64,000 bases of DNA from Promethearchaeota archaeon (GCA_048937405.1 JBHLNF010000007.1:96001-160000); one strand, 5' to 3'; shown: positions 19,742 to 31,277, numbered from the stretch's first letter. Translations and numbers: made by a program. The notes: generated from the sequence alone by a model not told the origin.

Positions 19742-21401
19742 ATGGAACAATCAGAGAATATAAACTTAAGTAAAGTAAAGAAAATAGCAAGGGAAATAAT
19801 TGAATATCTGTTAATAAATCCTAATACTTCCCGCAGAAAAATTACAAACCTTAAAGGACAAATTGGCAAAAAATATAATTATGATCGAGTAATAAAAAAT
19901 GCCACAATCTTGTCTCATGCAACAAATGAAGAAAAAGAGATTATCACTAAATTATTGAAGAGAAGAACAACAAGAACTATTTCAGGAGTTTCAGTAATTG
20001 CTATTATGACAAAACCTCTTCCTTGTCCTGGAACATGTATTTATTGTCCAGGTGTAAAATCCCAACCAGGAGAAAAAGTTGCCCAATCATATACAGGAAG
20101 AGAACCCGCAGCTATGAGATCAATATATAATAATTATGATCCCTACAAGCAAGTTCAATCTCGAATTAAAGATTTAGAAGCAATTGGGCATAAAGTGGAC
20201 ATGGTTTACGCTTGGTTGTATTCCACCATAAAAGATTGAACTTATTATAATGGGAGGGACATTTTTATCAATAGATTCAGAATATCAAAAACAATTCGTA
20301 AAAGGAGCATTAGAGGGAATAATAGAACAGAAAACAAATACCATAGAAGAAGCTAAGATATTAGCAGAAAAGGCTAAGCGAAGAGTTATAGGAATTACAG
20401 TTGAAACAAGACCAGACTATTGTAAAGAAACCCATATTGATAATATGTTACACTTTGGAACTACTCGAGTCGAAATTGGTATTCAAACAATTTATAATGA
20501 AATCTATGATTTGATAAAAAGAGGACATACTACTGCTGATAGCATTGAATCGATAAGACTTGCTAAAGATGCTGGGTTAAAGATCAATGCTCATATAATG
20601 CCAAATTTACCGGGTTCCAATTATTCTCTAGATTTAAAACTATTTGCCAATTTGTTCTCTATACCAGATTATCGCCCAGATATGTTAAAGATTTATCCCA
20701 CTCTGGTAATAAATGGAACTGAATTATATGATTGGTGGAAAAGTGGTAAATATATGCCCTATTCTGATAAAGAATTAATAGAACTAATTGTAAAAGCTAA
20801 AATCGATCTCCCTCCTTATGTTAGAATTCAAAGAATTATGCGAGATATCCCTGCTACCTTAATTGAAGCAGGTTGTAAGAATAGTAACTTAAGACAGTTA
20901 GTACAAGAACGATTAAAAGAAACTAATCAAATTTGTAAATGTATTAGGTGCAGAGAATATGGAATCAGTAAAAGAAAAGATATTCTCAATGAAGATTCAT
21001 TTGATGATATAAAACTATATCGTTTGGATTATGATGCCTCGCTAGGAAAAGAAATTTTCTTATCTTATGAAAATAAAAAAGAAGGTTATTTAATTGGATA
21101 TTTACGCTTAAGAAAGCCTTCTGAATTTGCTCATAGACCTGAATTGAATGATGGAAAAACAATGATTGTAAGGGAGATTAAAGTCGTTGGTGAATTAGTT
21201 CCTAAAGACATGAAACCAAATAGATATACTCAAATCCAACATAGAGGATATGGTAAACTTTTAATGGAAAATGCTGAGAAAATATCGTTTAAAGATTTCA
21301 AAATGAGTAAATTAGCTGTAATTAGTGGTCTTGGCGCAAAAGACTGGTTTTATGATTTAGGATATAAACCAGATGGTGTATATGTCTCGAAAATTCTTTA
21401 A
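19742..21401 (+). CDS. elp3: Elp3 tRNA U34 acetyltransferase (radical SAM + GNAT), spliced: join(19742..20200,20232..21401), 542 aa
   Basis: CPGTCIYCPG, QSYTGREPA, then GHKVD|KIELIIMGGTF after removing 31 nt; ETRPD, KIYPT, QHRGYG. Confidence 0.93.
20201..20231 (+). other. 31-nt BHB-type mRNA intron in elp3
   Basis: Helix GUGG(20195-98)/CCAU(20226-29), bulges ACA and AAA, inner stems UGG/CCA and UACG/UGUA. Confidence 0.87.
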
Positions 21402-22006
21402 TTTTAAAAATCGAATTTGTTAGTAATTTGATTATAATTATTTTATTGAATCCTTTTTAAAACATTTTATTATTTAAAAAAAAGGCATTAAAAATTAATA
21501 AAAATAGAGGAGAATTAAAGGAGGATTTCTCGCTCCTTCAATCTGTTTTTTTTCATTTAAATTGAAATTGTGGCAAGGCTACAGTCAAACTTTGAATCTT
21601 ATCAAGAAAAACTGTACAAAGATAGTTTTTCGAGATCATTTATAAAGATAGTTGTAATAATTTTAATTTAAAGATCACTACTCTAAAGATTCTACAAAAC
21701 AAAAGTAATGAAAAAATAGCATATAACCTATCAATATGGAGAAATCATATTTCTGAAAATTCCCAGACACTAATCAAAACAACAACAAGTAAATTAAATT
21801 ACATAGATTTTAATTTCTCATTTAACAACAATTTATATCATTGAGAAGAATATCATCTTTTCAAGTTCTTTTTTAATTATATTTAAGAATTTACCATTAT
21901 CCTTGTTAATCTTATTATTTTATCATAAACCTTTTTTGAAAATAAGTATAAGATTTATTACTTCACTATTTATAGTATTGGATAATCATTAAAAAATAAA
22001 ATTTGA

Positions 22007-23935
22007 TTGAGTATGACTCAACAATATGATTATAAAAAATTGGGTCTTAAGTGTGGATTAGAGATCCATCAGCAACTTGATACAAAAAAAAAATTGTTTT
22101 GTAGATGTCCAACTAATCTTCAAGGAACTCGAGAACCAGATTTTACAATTAGTAGAGAAATGAGACCCGTATTGGGCGAAATGGGAACTTATGATCAAGC
22201 AATGCTCACAGAATATGAAAAGGGAATGGGAATTATTTATGAAGGTTATAATGACGTGGTATGTACTTATGAACTTGATGATACACCGCCTTTTTCATGT
22301 AATAATGAAGCAAGGAGGATAGCATTACAAATTGCTACGCTCTTAAACGCTAATATAATCGAGGAAATGCATGTATGCCGAAAAAATTATTTAGATGGAA
22401 GTGTTCCAAGTGGATTTCAAAGAACAATGATCTTAGGTACTGAAGGGTATATAACATTAGAAAACGGTAAAAAAATTCGGATAGATATATTAAGTTTGGA
22501 AGAAGAAGCTGCGAGAAAAATTAAAACAGAAAATAAAACAAATTACTTTCGATTAGATCGATTAGGAATTCCATTAATAGAAGTTACTACCAAACCTGAT
22601 ATAGATACTCCCGATGAGTGTCGAGAGTGTGCTGAAAGGATTGGACTACTCTTATGGTCAACAAATGTTAAAAAAGTTCTTGGATCAATTAGACAAGATG
22701 TTAATGTAAGTATTGAAGCAGGAACGAGAATTGAAATTAAAGGAGTTCAAAAATTAGGTTGGATCCCTCTCTTAATTAATCATGAGATTTCACGTCAATT
22801 AAAGCTTCTTGAAATAAAAGATGAACTTCAAAGAAGAAAGTTAAATGCTGAAGGTATTCTAAATAAACCAGTTGATTTATCAAAACTATTAACTAACACA
22901 AAATCATCTTTCATAGCTAAAGGTATTAAATCAGGAAAAAAATTATACGGAATAAATTTCAAGGGATTTAAGGATCTATTTGGGAAAGAATTAATGGAAA
23001 ATTATAGATTTGGAACAGAAGTTAGTAGTAAAGTAAAACTGATCTCAGGACTAAAAGGAATTATTCATTCCGATGAAGAACTAAGTAAATATAATTTAAA
23101 TAACAGAGATATTAGTTTAATTAAAGAGAAATTAAATACAAAAGAAAAAGATTGTTTCGTGTTAGTATTAGGTACAATGAAAGAATGCATTAAAGCCATG
23201 AATGTTATAATAACCAGAGTTAAGTTTGCTTTTAAAGGTGTACCACCGGAGACTAGAAAGGCTTTAGAAAGTGGAGAAACAGAATTTTTGAGAGAACTTC
23301 ATGGAGGTGCAAGATTGTATCCTGACACAGATTCAGAAGCTATTTTTAATTCTGAAGAAGAACTTAACGAAATTAGAAAGAATCTTCCAGAATATCCGTG
23401 GATAACTATAAAACAATATTCTGAAAAATTTAAAACAGAAGATAGAATCATAAAAGACTTAATATTTACTGGGAAAATTGAGTTATTCAATAAATTAATT
23501 GAATTATATCCAAATAATCCCTCGTTAATTTTTACTACTCTATTGGAAACTACAACCGCTTTAAGAAGGGAATCGAAAAATATAGAAAATATAACTGATG
23601 ATGATTATATTAAAATTTTTACTCTCTTAAAAAAAAAAGAAATTAGTAAAGAGGCTATTGAAGAATTAATGAGTCTTAAAGCTGATTCTCCAGAACTTTC
23701 TATTAACCAGATTAAGAAGAAATTGAAAATAGAAAGTATTTCTATTGATGAACTCAAAAACTTAATTTATGAAATTGTTAAGAATAACCTCAATTTAATA
23801 AAAGAAAAAGAAATAAGAGCAAAAGGACCATTAATGGGAGAAGTTATGAAAAAAGTAAGAGGAAAAATTGACGGCGCTATAGTTTCCAAAGAATTAGAGA
23901 ATTCTATAAAAGAAATATTAAAGGAGATGAAATAA
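22007..23935 (+). CDS. gatE: Glu-tRNA(Gln) amidotransferase subunit E
   Basis: GLEIHQQLDT.KKLFC, DGSVPSGFQRT, RLDRLGIPLIE, IRQDVNVSI, GVPPETR. Confidence 0.97.
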   Translation: MSMTQQYDYKKLGLKCGLEIHQQLDTKKKLFCRCPTNLQGTREPDFTISREMRPVLGEMGTYDQAMLTEYEKGMGIIYEGYNDVVCTYELDDTPPFSCNNEARRIALQIATLLNANIIEEMHVCRKNYLDGSVPSGFQRTMILGTEGYITLENGKKIRIDILSLEEEAARKIKTENKTNYFRLDRLGIPLIEVTTKPDIDTPDECRECAERIGLLLWSTNVKKVLGSIRQDVNVSIEAGTRIEIKGVQKLGWIPLLINHEISRQLKLLEIKDELQRRKLNAEGILNKPVDLSKLLTNTKSSFIAKGIKSGKKLYGINFKGFKDLFGKELMENYRFGTEVSSKVKLISGLKGIIHSDEELSKYNLNNRDISLIKEKLNTKEKDCFVLVLGTMKECIKAMNVIITRVKFAFKGVPPETRKALESGETEFLRELHGGARLYPDTDSEAIFNSEEELNEIRKNLPEYPWITIKQYSEKFKTEDRIIKDLIFTGKIELFNKLIELYPNNPSLIFTTLLETTTALRRESKNIENITDDDYIKIFTLLKKKEISKEAIEELMSLKADSPELSINQIKKKLKIESISIDELKNLIYEIVKNNLNLIKEKEIRAKGPLMGEVMKKVRGKIDGAIVSKELENSIKEILKEMK

Positions 23936-25294
23936 ATGGTTGAAAAACTTAAAGGATATAGAGAAGAAGGTAAAGAACTCCTTAAAAAAAATCAATTAGA
24001 AATTTGGGATATTGTCCAAATAAAAACAAAAAATACTCAATATGAGGGGATTATATTACCAAGAATTGAACATTCAGCCCCGAATTTCATAAATATTAAA
24101 TTAGAAAACAATTACAACATAGGAATAAAGGTTTCTGAAATTTTAGAAATCAATAAAATTGGAAAAAGAGAAGCTTCATATAAAATACCGGAAAAAGATT
24201 TCCCTTATAACAAAATTCTTCCGACTCTAAAATTGTTTGGTACAGGAGGTACTATTGCTTCACGACTAGATTATACTACTGGAGCCGTAATTCCTTCATT
24301 TACCCCAGGAGAATTATTCAGTGCTGTTCCAGAATTAGCAGAAATCTGTAACCTCGAATGTGAAATTCTATTTGAAATTCTTTCAGAAAACATGAAACCT
24401 CATAACTGGCAAAAACTCGCAGAAAAAGTCAAAGATGCCGCAAATTCAGGAATTGATGGTGTTGTAATAGGCCATGGAACCGATACAATGTCATATACTA
24501 GTGCTGCCCTCTCGTTTATGTTAAAAGATTTATCTATTCCAGTAGTTTTAGTAGGAAGCCAAAGAAGTTCTGATAGACCTTCTTCTGATGCTGCTTTAAA
24601 CCTCATTAATGCCGCTGTAGTAGCAAGTTCTGATATTGCAGAAGTAGTAATTACAATGTTAGGATCCCCTTCTCATGATTATGGTTTGATTCATAGAGGA
24701 ACTCTGGTAAGAAAAATGCATTCTTCTGTTAGACATACTTTTAGAACAATTGATAGTATTCCACTAGGATTAGTTCAAAACAGAAAAATAAAGATGTTTA
24801 CCTCAGATTATAAAAAAAGATCAAAAATAAAAACTAAGACTAATACTAATTTTGAAGAAAAAGTCGCTCTTGTGTATTTCTATCCAGGTAGTGATAAGGA
24901 AATCATTGATTTTTACATTGACAAAGGCTATAAGGGAATTGTACTTGTTGGAACGGGATTAGGGCACATATCTACTAATTTATATGAGTCGATAGAAAGA
25001 GCTATTGAAGAAGAGATAACAGTAATAATGACTACTCAAACACTCCATGGATTTGTAGGAATGAATGTTTATTCCACAGGAAGAGAATTATTGAATATGG
25101 GTGTCATTCCTGGTAGAAATTTATTACCAGAAGTAGCATATATTAAACTAGGGTGGGTATTAGGACAAACTAATATTCCTGAAGAAATTAAGCATTTAAT
25201 CTCACAAAATATTGCCGGTGAATTTCTAGAAAGAGAAATTCCTATAGCATTCAATTACAATATCGATGAACTATTGAGAAATAAAAAGCTCTAA
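23936..25294 (+). CDS. gatD: Glu-tRNA(Gln) amidotransferase subunit D
   Basis: TGGTIASRLDY.TG, HGTDT, GSQRSSDRPSSD. Confidence 0.97.
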   Translation: MVEKLKGYREEGKELLKKNQLEIWDIVQIKTKNTQYEGIILPRIEHSAPNFINIKLENNYNIGIKVSEILEINKIGKREASYKIPEKDFPYNKILPTLKLFGTGGTIASRLDYTTGAVIPSFTPGELFSAVPELAEICNLECEILFEILSENMKPHNWQKLAEKVKDAANSGIDGVVIGHGTDTMSYTSAALSFMLKDLSIPVVLVGSQRSSDRPSSDAALNLINAAVVASSDIAEVVITMLGSPSHDYGLIHRGTLVRKMHSSVRHTFRTIDSIPLGLVQNRKIKMFTSDYKKRSKIKTKTNTNFEEKVALVYFYPGSDKEIIDFYIDKGYKGIVLVGTGLGHISTNLYESIERAIEEEITVIMTTQTLHGFVGMNVYSTGRELLNMGVIPGRNLLPEVAYIKLGWVLGQTNIPEEIKHLISQNIAGEFLEREIPIAFNYNIDELLRNKKL

Positions 25295-25423
25295 AATATT
25301 AGATTTAGCTCATTTTAATCAAAACTTCTTAATTTTCAAATCTTTATTTAAAATCAATTAAAAAGATAAAAATTTTAAAGTTTGCATAATTCAAGTTCAT
25401 ATTCTGAGAATAATGTGAAGTAA

Positions 25424-26152
25424 ATGGGAAAACGAATTTTAGCTCAAAGGAAAGGCAGAGGTGTCCTAGGATTCAGAAGTCCAAGTCATCGACATATAGG
25501 ACAAGTAAAATATCGTCCATTCAAGAAAAATGAGAAACTTTTTAAATTTAAAGTATTAGATCTCATTCATTCTCCAGGAAGAGGTGCTCCAATAGCCAAA
25601 ATTCAATATGATGATAATACAAAAGGTCTATGGTTACCTCCAGAGGGAGTTTTTGTAGGTCAAGAATTTATCCAATCCAAAACGGGATACGGACAACCAA
25701 TAGAAGTTGGAAATATTTTACCTTTAAAAAAGATGCCTTTAGGAACTCTTGTTTTCAACATTGAATCAACACCTCAAGATGGTGGTAAATTTGCCAGAGC
25801 ATCTGGAGTAGCTGCAATTGTGAGAAACAGATCAGGAAACAAAGTCGAACTGCTCTTTCGATCAAAAAAAACTAAATGGATACATGGGGAGTGTTTAGCT
25901 ACTGTTGGTGTAGTAGCTGGAGGCGGAAGAACAGATAAACCTTTTCTTAAAGCAGGAAATAAGTTCCACTATGTAAAATCTAAGGCTAAAAAATGGCCTG
26001 TCGTTCGTGGTGTCGCTATGGTAGCAGCTTCTCATCCCTATGGTGGAGGGGCCAAACAGAGTCCGCATAAACCCACAACTACCAGTAGAAACGCCCCACC
26101 TGGCAGAAAAGTAGGACAAATAGCTGCGAGAAGAACTGGACACCAAAACTAA
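25424..26152 (+). CDS. rpl2: 50S ribosomal protein L2 (uL2)
   Basis: MGKRILAQRKGRG, WPVVRGVAM...HPYGGG, PPGRKVG. Confidence 0.98.
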   Translation: MGKRILAQRKGRGVLGFRSPSHRHIGQVKYRPFKKNEKLFKFKVLDLIHSPGRGAPIAKIQYDDNTKGLWLPPEGVFVGQEFIQSKTGYGQPIEVGNILPLKKMPLGTLVFNIESTPQDGGKFARASGVAAIVRNRSGNKVELLFRSKKTKWIHGECLATVGVVAGGGRTDKPFLKAGNKFHYVKSKAKKWPVVRGVAMVAASHPYGGGAKQSPHKPTTTSRNAPPGRKVGQIAARRTGHQN

Positions 26153-26378
26153 TCAATTTCATATATACTATTAATCTTAACATTTTCTATACAATAATTT
26201 TCTTCTTTTTCATTATTTTCGCCTTTATAATGATTATCAACAGATTTAAATATTCTATTCATTTAATATAATAATATATAATTATATATGATATTAATGC
26301 CAAAAATATACAAAGATATAAAAAATTTAAAAATTAATTGAATTATCTTTAAATTAGAAAATAAAAAGGACATCCAAT

Positions 26379-27149
26379 TTGAATATAAAAATTGTTTGCG
26401 GAACTCTAGTTGGTGGAAGCCCTCGACTTAGTGGAAGATATGACTATAAATTGAATTTAGAATTAGTAGGAATTGGAACTATGGACAAACCCTATTTAAT
26501 TACATCTAAACTAGCATACCAAGATAAATTAGACCAGTTATATTTAAAAAAAAAAAAGGATTATAATTATGTTGATTTAAAGAATTATCCTTCTTTTTTA
26601 AAACAGCAGTACACTTTGAAAGGATATAAAATTATATATACATCTACACCTCAAAATAATTCTGATTCTTATAATAATGGGCTTTTTTCTATTTTTTTAT
26701 CTGATTCAAATTCTTTCCTTGAATTTAAATATTTATACTTAAAAAGCTTAGATCTGAGTAATTGCCAAAATATTTCAATTTCAGACAGTATACTAGAAGA
26801 TATAATACTCAAAAATTGTTCTAATATCTCAATTCAGGAAGCAAATATTGGAAACCAAATGAAACTGTTAAATAGCTATGAAGTAAAATTTTCTAATTCT
26901 TATATTTATAAAATAGACGCATTATCATGTGGTAATATAATTATTTCAAACTGCTCTATTGAGAAAATCTCAAAAAAATCAAAAAAAAATGTTCAAATAA
27001 TAACTAAAGATAAAGCACCAATATTAAAAGATAAAACTGAATTCCAAAATAACCAATTAAAACAAAAAACAATGTTTTGTCAGTATTGCAAATCAAAAAT
27101 CAATTTGGATTCATTATTTTGTGATAATTGTGGTGAGAGAATTAATTAA
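26379..27149 (+). CDS. beta-helix-like repeat protein with a C-terminal zinc ribbon
   Basis: GIGTMDKPYLI; repeats L.NC.NI.I; CQYC...CDNCG. Confidence 0.55.
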   Translation: MNIKIVCGTLVGGSPRLSGRYDYKLNLELVGIGTMDKPYLITSKLAYQDKLDQLYLKKKKDYNYVDLKNYPSFLKQQYTLKGYKIIYTSTPQNNSDSYNNGLFSIFLSDSNSFLEFKYLYLKSLDLSNCQNISISDSILEDIILKNCSNISIQEANIGNQMKLLNSYEVKFSNSYIYKIDALSCGNIIISNCSIEKISKKSKKNVQIITKDKAPILKDKTEFQNNQLKQKTMFCQYCKSKINLDSLFCDNCGERIN

Positions 27150-27215
27150 TATCTAAAATCTCAAATTAAATAGAATATTAAATAAAAAAATAAATTTTAA
27201 TACTGATAATCGAAT

Positions 27216-27521
27216 ATGGTTGAAAAAAAAAATAAAATAATAATTGTACGAATTTCAGCATTTTTAATAATTTTTTTAGCTTTTTTTTCTTCCTTGGCTT
27301 ATTTTTGGATTTTTTCATTACCAATAATATTCGTTATTTTTACCTATAATTATATATTAATAAAGAAAAAATCAGTAAAGATTAATGTCCTATCATTGAA
27401 AGAAAACTTGGATAAGTCAAATAATAAAGGGAAATCTATTAATTTTTATTGCAAATTTTGTTTTTCAAAAAACAAAAAAGGGTCTCTAATTTGTAAGTTT
27501 TGTGGTAGTAAATTCAACTAA
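27216..27521 (+). CDS. small membrane protein with a C-terminal zinc ribbon
   Basis: Hydrophobic N-half; CKFC...CKFCG. Confidence 0.6.
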   Translation: MVEKKNKIIIVRISAFLIIFLAFFSSLAYFWIFSLPIIFVIFTYNYILIKKKSVKINVLSLKENLDKSNNKGKSINFYCKFCFSKNKKGSLICKFCGSKFN

Positions 27522-27607
27522 TATTAAAATTAATTATATAATTAAAAAATTGGCCCCCAACCCTGGATAATTTAAAAAAAATGGAAATGGAAAAAAAAAA
27601 CTTTTGC

Positions 27608-28504
27608 TTAATTTAGATTAACATTAAAATTAAATGTTACATTATGTAAAAATTCTTTATATCGAGAGCGAAGTGTTACTTCAGTGACTCCTATTATTTT
27701 AGATATATCTTTCTGACTTACTTTTTGATTTTTTAGTTTCGCTACCAAATATATTGCACCTGCACATAAACCTTTAGGATCTTTTCCACAGATAGAAGTG
27801 TTCTCTATGAAATTCTGTAACACTTTTATAGCTTCCTTCTCTATATTAATCGATAAACCTAAATCAGCACAGTAGCGTGGAATAAGGGATACAGGATCAA
27901 TATGAGGTGATTTTAAGTTCAATTCTCTTACTAAGATCTTATAGCACTTCTTCACAATATTATCATTTATAGAAGCCTCATCTAAGATTTCTTGAAGAGT
28001 AATAGGAACTTTCTCCTGTTTGCATACATAATAAGCACATGCAGCAATCATACCATTTATAGATCTGCCCCTTAAGAGATTCCTTTTAAATACTTCTTTA
28101 TATAATCGAACGGCTGATTTTTTTACACGTTCTGGAAAATTGAGATTACCTCCAATTCTCTTTAATTCAGTTATAGCAATTAACATATTACGTTTTTCCC
28201 AAGATAAGTGAGTATTCCATTTCGCGGCTCTTCTTAAATCGGGATTTTTAATTTTTGTCCGATCAATTATCGTACTCAACCCGATGTCAGGCATTAAAAT
28301 TGAAATCGGACATCCCGTTCGTTCTTTTTTATCTTTCTCTTGCTTAGAATAAGCCCTTATACCACTGTGAGATACATCAACGGCTTTTTCAGATACTACT
28401 AAACCGCAATGTTGACATACTATCTCCCCTCTCTGATGAATATCTATTGTTGATCCACCACATTCAGGACAAAAACCAGTTTGAGGTGAAATTTCTACAA
28501 CCAT
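27608..28504 (-). CDS. tfb: transcription initiation factor IIB
   Basis: CPECG...GEIVCQHCGLV, LLRGRS, GKDPKGLCAGAIY, VTEVTLRSRYKE. Confidence 0.97.
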   Translation of the reverse strand: MVVEISPQTGFCPECGGSTIDIHQRGEIVCQHCGLVVSEKAVDVSHSGIRAYSKQEKDKKERTGCPISILMPDIGLSTIIDRTKIKNPDLRRAAKWNTHLSWEKRNMLIAITELKRIGGNLNFPERVKKSAVRLYKEVFKRNLLRGRSINGMIAACAYYVCKQEKVPITLQEILDEASINDNIVKKCYKILVRELNLKSPHIDPVSLIPRYCADLGLSINIEKEAIKVLQNFIENTSICGKDPKGLCAGAIYLVAKLKNQKVSQKDISKIIGVTEVTLRSRYKEFLHNVTFNFNVNLN

Positions 28505-29109
28505 TGTTTAAACCCTTATCAAAAAATATTTAATATTAGCTTTTTTTACACACACAATAGAAAAGAATTTTTCTTTTGTTGTAAAAAAGAATATTTGTTA
28601 TTATAAAATATTAATCATTTACTGATATTTAAATGTTATTGTGATAACAAATAATTATTAATACTCTTTATTTGTATAAAAAGATATCTAGATAAATTTT
28701 TTTTTATAATTATTGTTAGTACAAACTATTAATTAATTTGTTTAAAATTATTATAATATACACAATATATTTTTATTCGATTTATTTTATAACAAATAAA
28801 ATAACCTACTCTAATTTTAATGAAATACAAGATAAGTAGGGCAATAATTCTAATTTTTTCATATACAAATACGAATTAATCAAAATTTTTTTTATCTTTT
28901 TGTGTACAAATTAATATTCACAAGAACGATTATCAAATAAAAAAATGTTAAATAATAGTTTTTTTATTAAATGTTCAAGCAAAAACTAGTTAGGATTAGG
29001 TTGTACAAAAATTAACCCCATTAAAAATACTGAGGAAAATGACAGCAATGATGATGAAGAAGAGTATCATATCAATAATAATGACAATTCTTTTGAAAAA
29101 ACAGAAGAA

Positions 29110-29943
29110 ATGAAAAAATATGAGAAGGAAACTGGGCGTTATGCTATTTGGCGGGGTGTAATAACTGAAGGTTTTAGAAGGTGGCAAAAAGGAGAGAAAG
29201 TGTATCATAGAGATAAAGAACGTATCTCTTTGTATGTATCTGAAGATACAAAATTAAAATGGTTAAATTATACTAAAAATAATGGAGAATTAACCATTTC
29301 TAAGTTAATAAGGGAAGCAGTTTCATCATTTATAGAAAGTAAATCTAATGGATCTCAACATAGTTTATCAAAATTAAATCCTCAAACAATTTCAAATATT
29401 TCTCACACCTTAAAAGAACCATTAACTTCAATTAAGGGGTATTCACAATTATTACTTGAGAATTACAGGGAGAAATTGAATAATCAGGTTCTAGATACTG
29501 TAAGAAATATCTTTGAACAGAGCATCCTCCTTGAGAAGAAAATAATAAATATTTTAGATAATATAAAAGTAGAATCTGAGTATGATGTGTTATTAATAGA
29601 AGATGATCTCGCGACTATTAGATTAATATCAAGTTATTTTGAGAGTAAGGGATTCAGATGTAGAGGTGTAGTGAGCGGTTCAAAAGGTTTGGAGGAATTA
29701 GGAAACACAATTCCAAAATTAATTTTATTGGATATAATCTTGCCTGATCTGAGTGGGTATGATATCTGTAAAACGATCAAGTCGGATAAAGAATGGACTA
29801 AAATTCCAATTTTCTTTTTAACAGCTATAGCGGGAAGTGAAGTCGAAAAGAACTTATCTGACACAAAAGCAGATGGCTATATTTTAAAACCTTTTAATTT
29901 CTCTGATTTTGAAATAATTTTTGATATATTAAATAAAAGTTAA
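29110..29943 (+). CDS. RHH - HisKA - receiver domain protein (no HATPase domain)
   Basis: KERISLYVS...TISKLIREAV (RHH); ISHTLKEPLTSIKGYSQLL (H-box); IEDD, LLD, LTA, LKP (REC). Confidence 0.82.
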   Translation: MKKYEKETGRYAIWRGVITEGFRRWQKGEKVYHRDKERISLYVSEDTKLKWLNYTKNNGELTISKLIREAVSSFIESKSNGSQHSLSKLNPQTISNISHTLKEPLTSIKGYSQLLLENYREKLNNQVLDTVRNIFEQSILLEKKIINILDNIKVESEYDVLLIEDDLATIRLISSYFESKGFRCRGVVSGSKGLEELGNTIPKLILLDIILPDLSGYDICKTIKSDKEWTKIPIFFLTAIAGSEVEKNLSDTKADGYILKPFNFSDFEIIFDILNKS

Positions 29944-30218
29944 GACGAAAATAGCTCTTTAACAATTATACTATTCTTAAAGATTGATTAAATTAGATCT
30001 TAAAAATATAAGTATTGGCTTTTATTGTGATAATATTATTAATAGATAATAAAAAAAATATATAAGTGGATAAAAAACTACATTATAGTGAAATTAATTG
30101 TAAATATTAATTGAATCCATCTAGATTGTTATTAAAAAAGAAAAATGGATGGAGTTTGATATAAAAAACGTAAAATGTTTTTGCATATCTTTGCATATCT
30201 ATTCACCAGTACCTATTA

Positions 30219-31229
30219 GTGTTTACAAAAATTGTAAGATATGATAAAAAAAGAGAGATGAGAAAAATTTCAAAAGATTCTAAAACCAAAAAAAATACGA
30301 GTGAAAAACCTACAAGAGATGCATCCGAAAGAAGAAGTATGACTGATAAAGAGATTGCTAATCTTGATTTAGAGAGTAAGGAAGCTAAACAACTCATGGA
30401 AGAATATCAAGAAGAAACCGATAAATATGCTATTTGGCGTGGTTCTATTACAGAAGGATTTAAAAAGTGGTTAAAAGGTGAAAAAATATATGACAGAGAT
30501 AAAGAAAGAATCTCTCTTTACGTATCAGAAGAGACTAAGCAGAATTGGCAAGATTTTAAAGAATTAAATAATTATTCAACAATCTCAGCTTTGATTAGAG
30601 AGAGTGTTGACTATTATATTGAACAAAAATCAGATCTTTTTGGAGAAGGATTGCGTAGGATGGATGATAAGACCATTTCAAACATCTCTCATGCCTTAAA
30701 GGAGCCATTAACAACCATTAAGGGGTTCAGTCAGCTTCTTTTAGAAAATTATAATGATGAATTAAATGAAGAAGTACTGGTTACTATCAAAAATATTTTT
30801 GATCAGAGTTTACTCCTTGAAAATAAGATTATTAATATTTTAGATAATATTGCTATAGAAGAACCACATCCCCAATATGATATATTATTAATTGAAGATG
30901 ATTTAGCAACAATTCGATTACTTACGAGTTACTTCGAAAGCAAAGGATATAAATGTAAAGGAGTGGTGAGCGGAACAAAAGGCTTAGAAGAGTTAAGAGG
31001 AGGTATTCCTAGACTTATTTTATTAGATATCATCCTACCAGATATTTCAGGTTATGAAATCTGCAAAATGATTAAGGATCATAAAAAGTATAAAGATATA
31101 CCTGTGTATTTATTAACAGCAATCCCGGGATCAGAAGTAGAGAAGAAAATGGGTGAAACTCATGCTGATGGATATATTTTAAAACCATTTGATTTTTCGG
31201 ATTTTGAAGTTGTATTTAAATATTTATAA
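30219..31229 (+). CDS. RHH - HisKA - receiver domain protein, tandem paralog
   Basis: Same architecture; ISHALKEPLTTIKGFSQLL; the true start may be ATG 30258 or later. Confidence 0.82.
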   Translation: MFTKIVRYDKKREMRKISKDSKTKKNTSEKPTRDASERRSMTDKEIANLDLESKEAKQLMEEYQEETDKYAIWRGSITEGFKKWLKGEKIYDRDKERISLYVSEETKQNWQDFKELNNYSTISALIRESVDYYIEQKSDLFGEGLRRMDDKTISNISHALKEPLTTIKGFSQLLLENYNDELNEEVLVTIKNIFDQSLLLENKIINILDNIAIEEPHPQYDILLIEDDLATIRLLTSYFESKGYKCKGVVSGTKGLEELRGGIPRLILLDIILPDISGYEICKMIKDHKKYKDIPVYLLTAIPGSEVEKKMGETHADGYILKPFDFSDFEVVFKYL

Positions 31230-31277
31230 TTTTTTTAGATTAATTCTAAGTTTTATCCTTTTTTCTCAAAAAATTAA

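Noticed and set aside
19742-21401. Programmed frameshift, sequencing error or pseudogene as the explanation for split elp3 (likewise rnhB and pfk)
   Set aside because: A 1-nt slip would leave about 10 foreign residues or a stop inside the motif. Whole-insert removal at BHB positions restores the motif in all three genes, and the exons are otherwise intact.
21420-21990. Possible decayed membrane-protein gene between elp3 and gatE
   Set aside because: Hydrophobic fragments with many stops; no family could be recognised.
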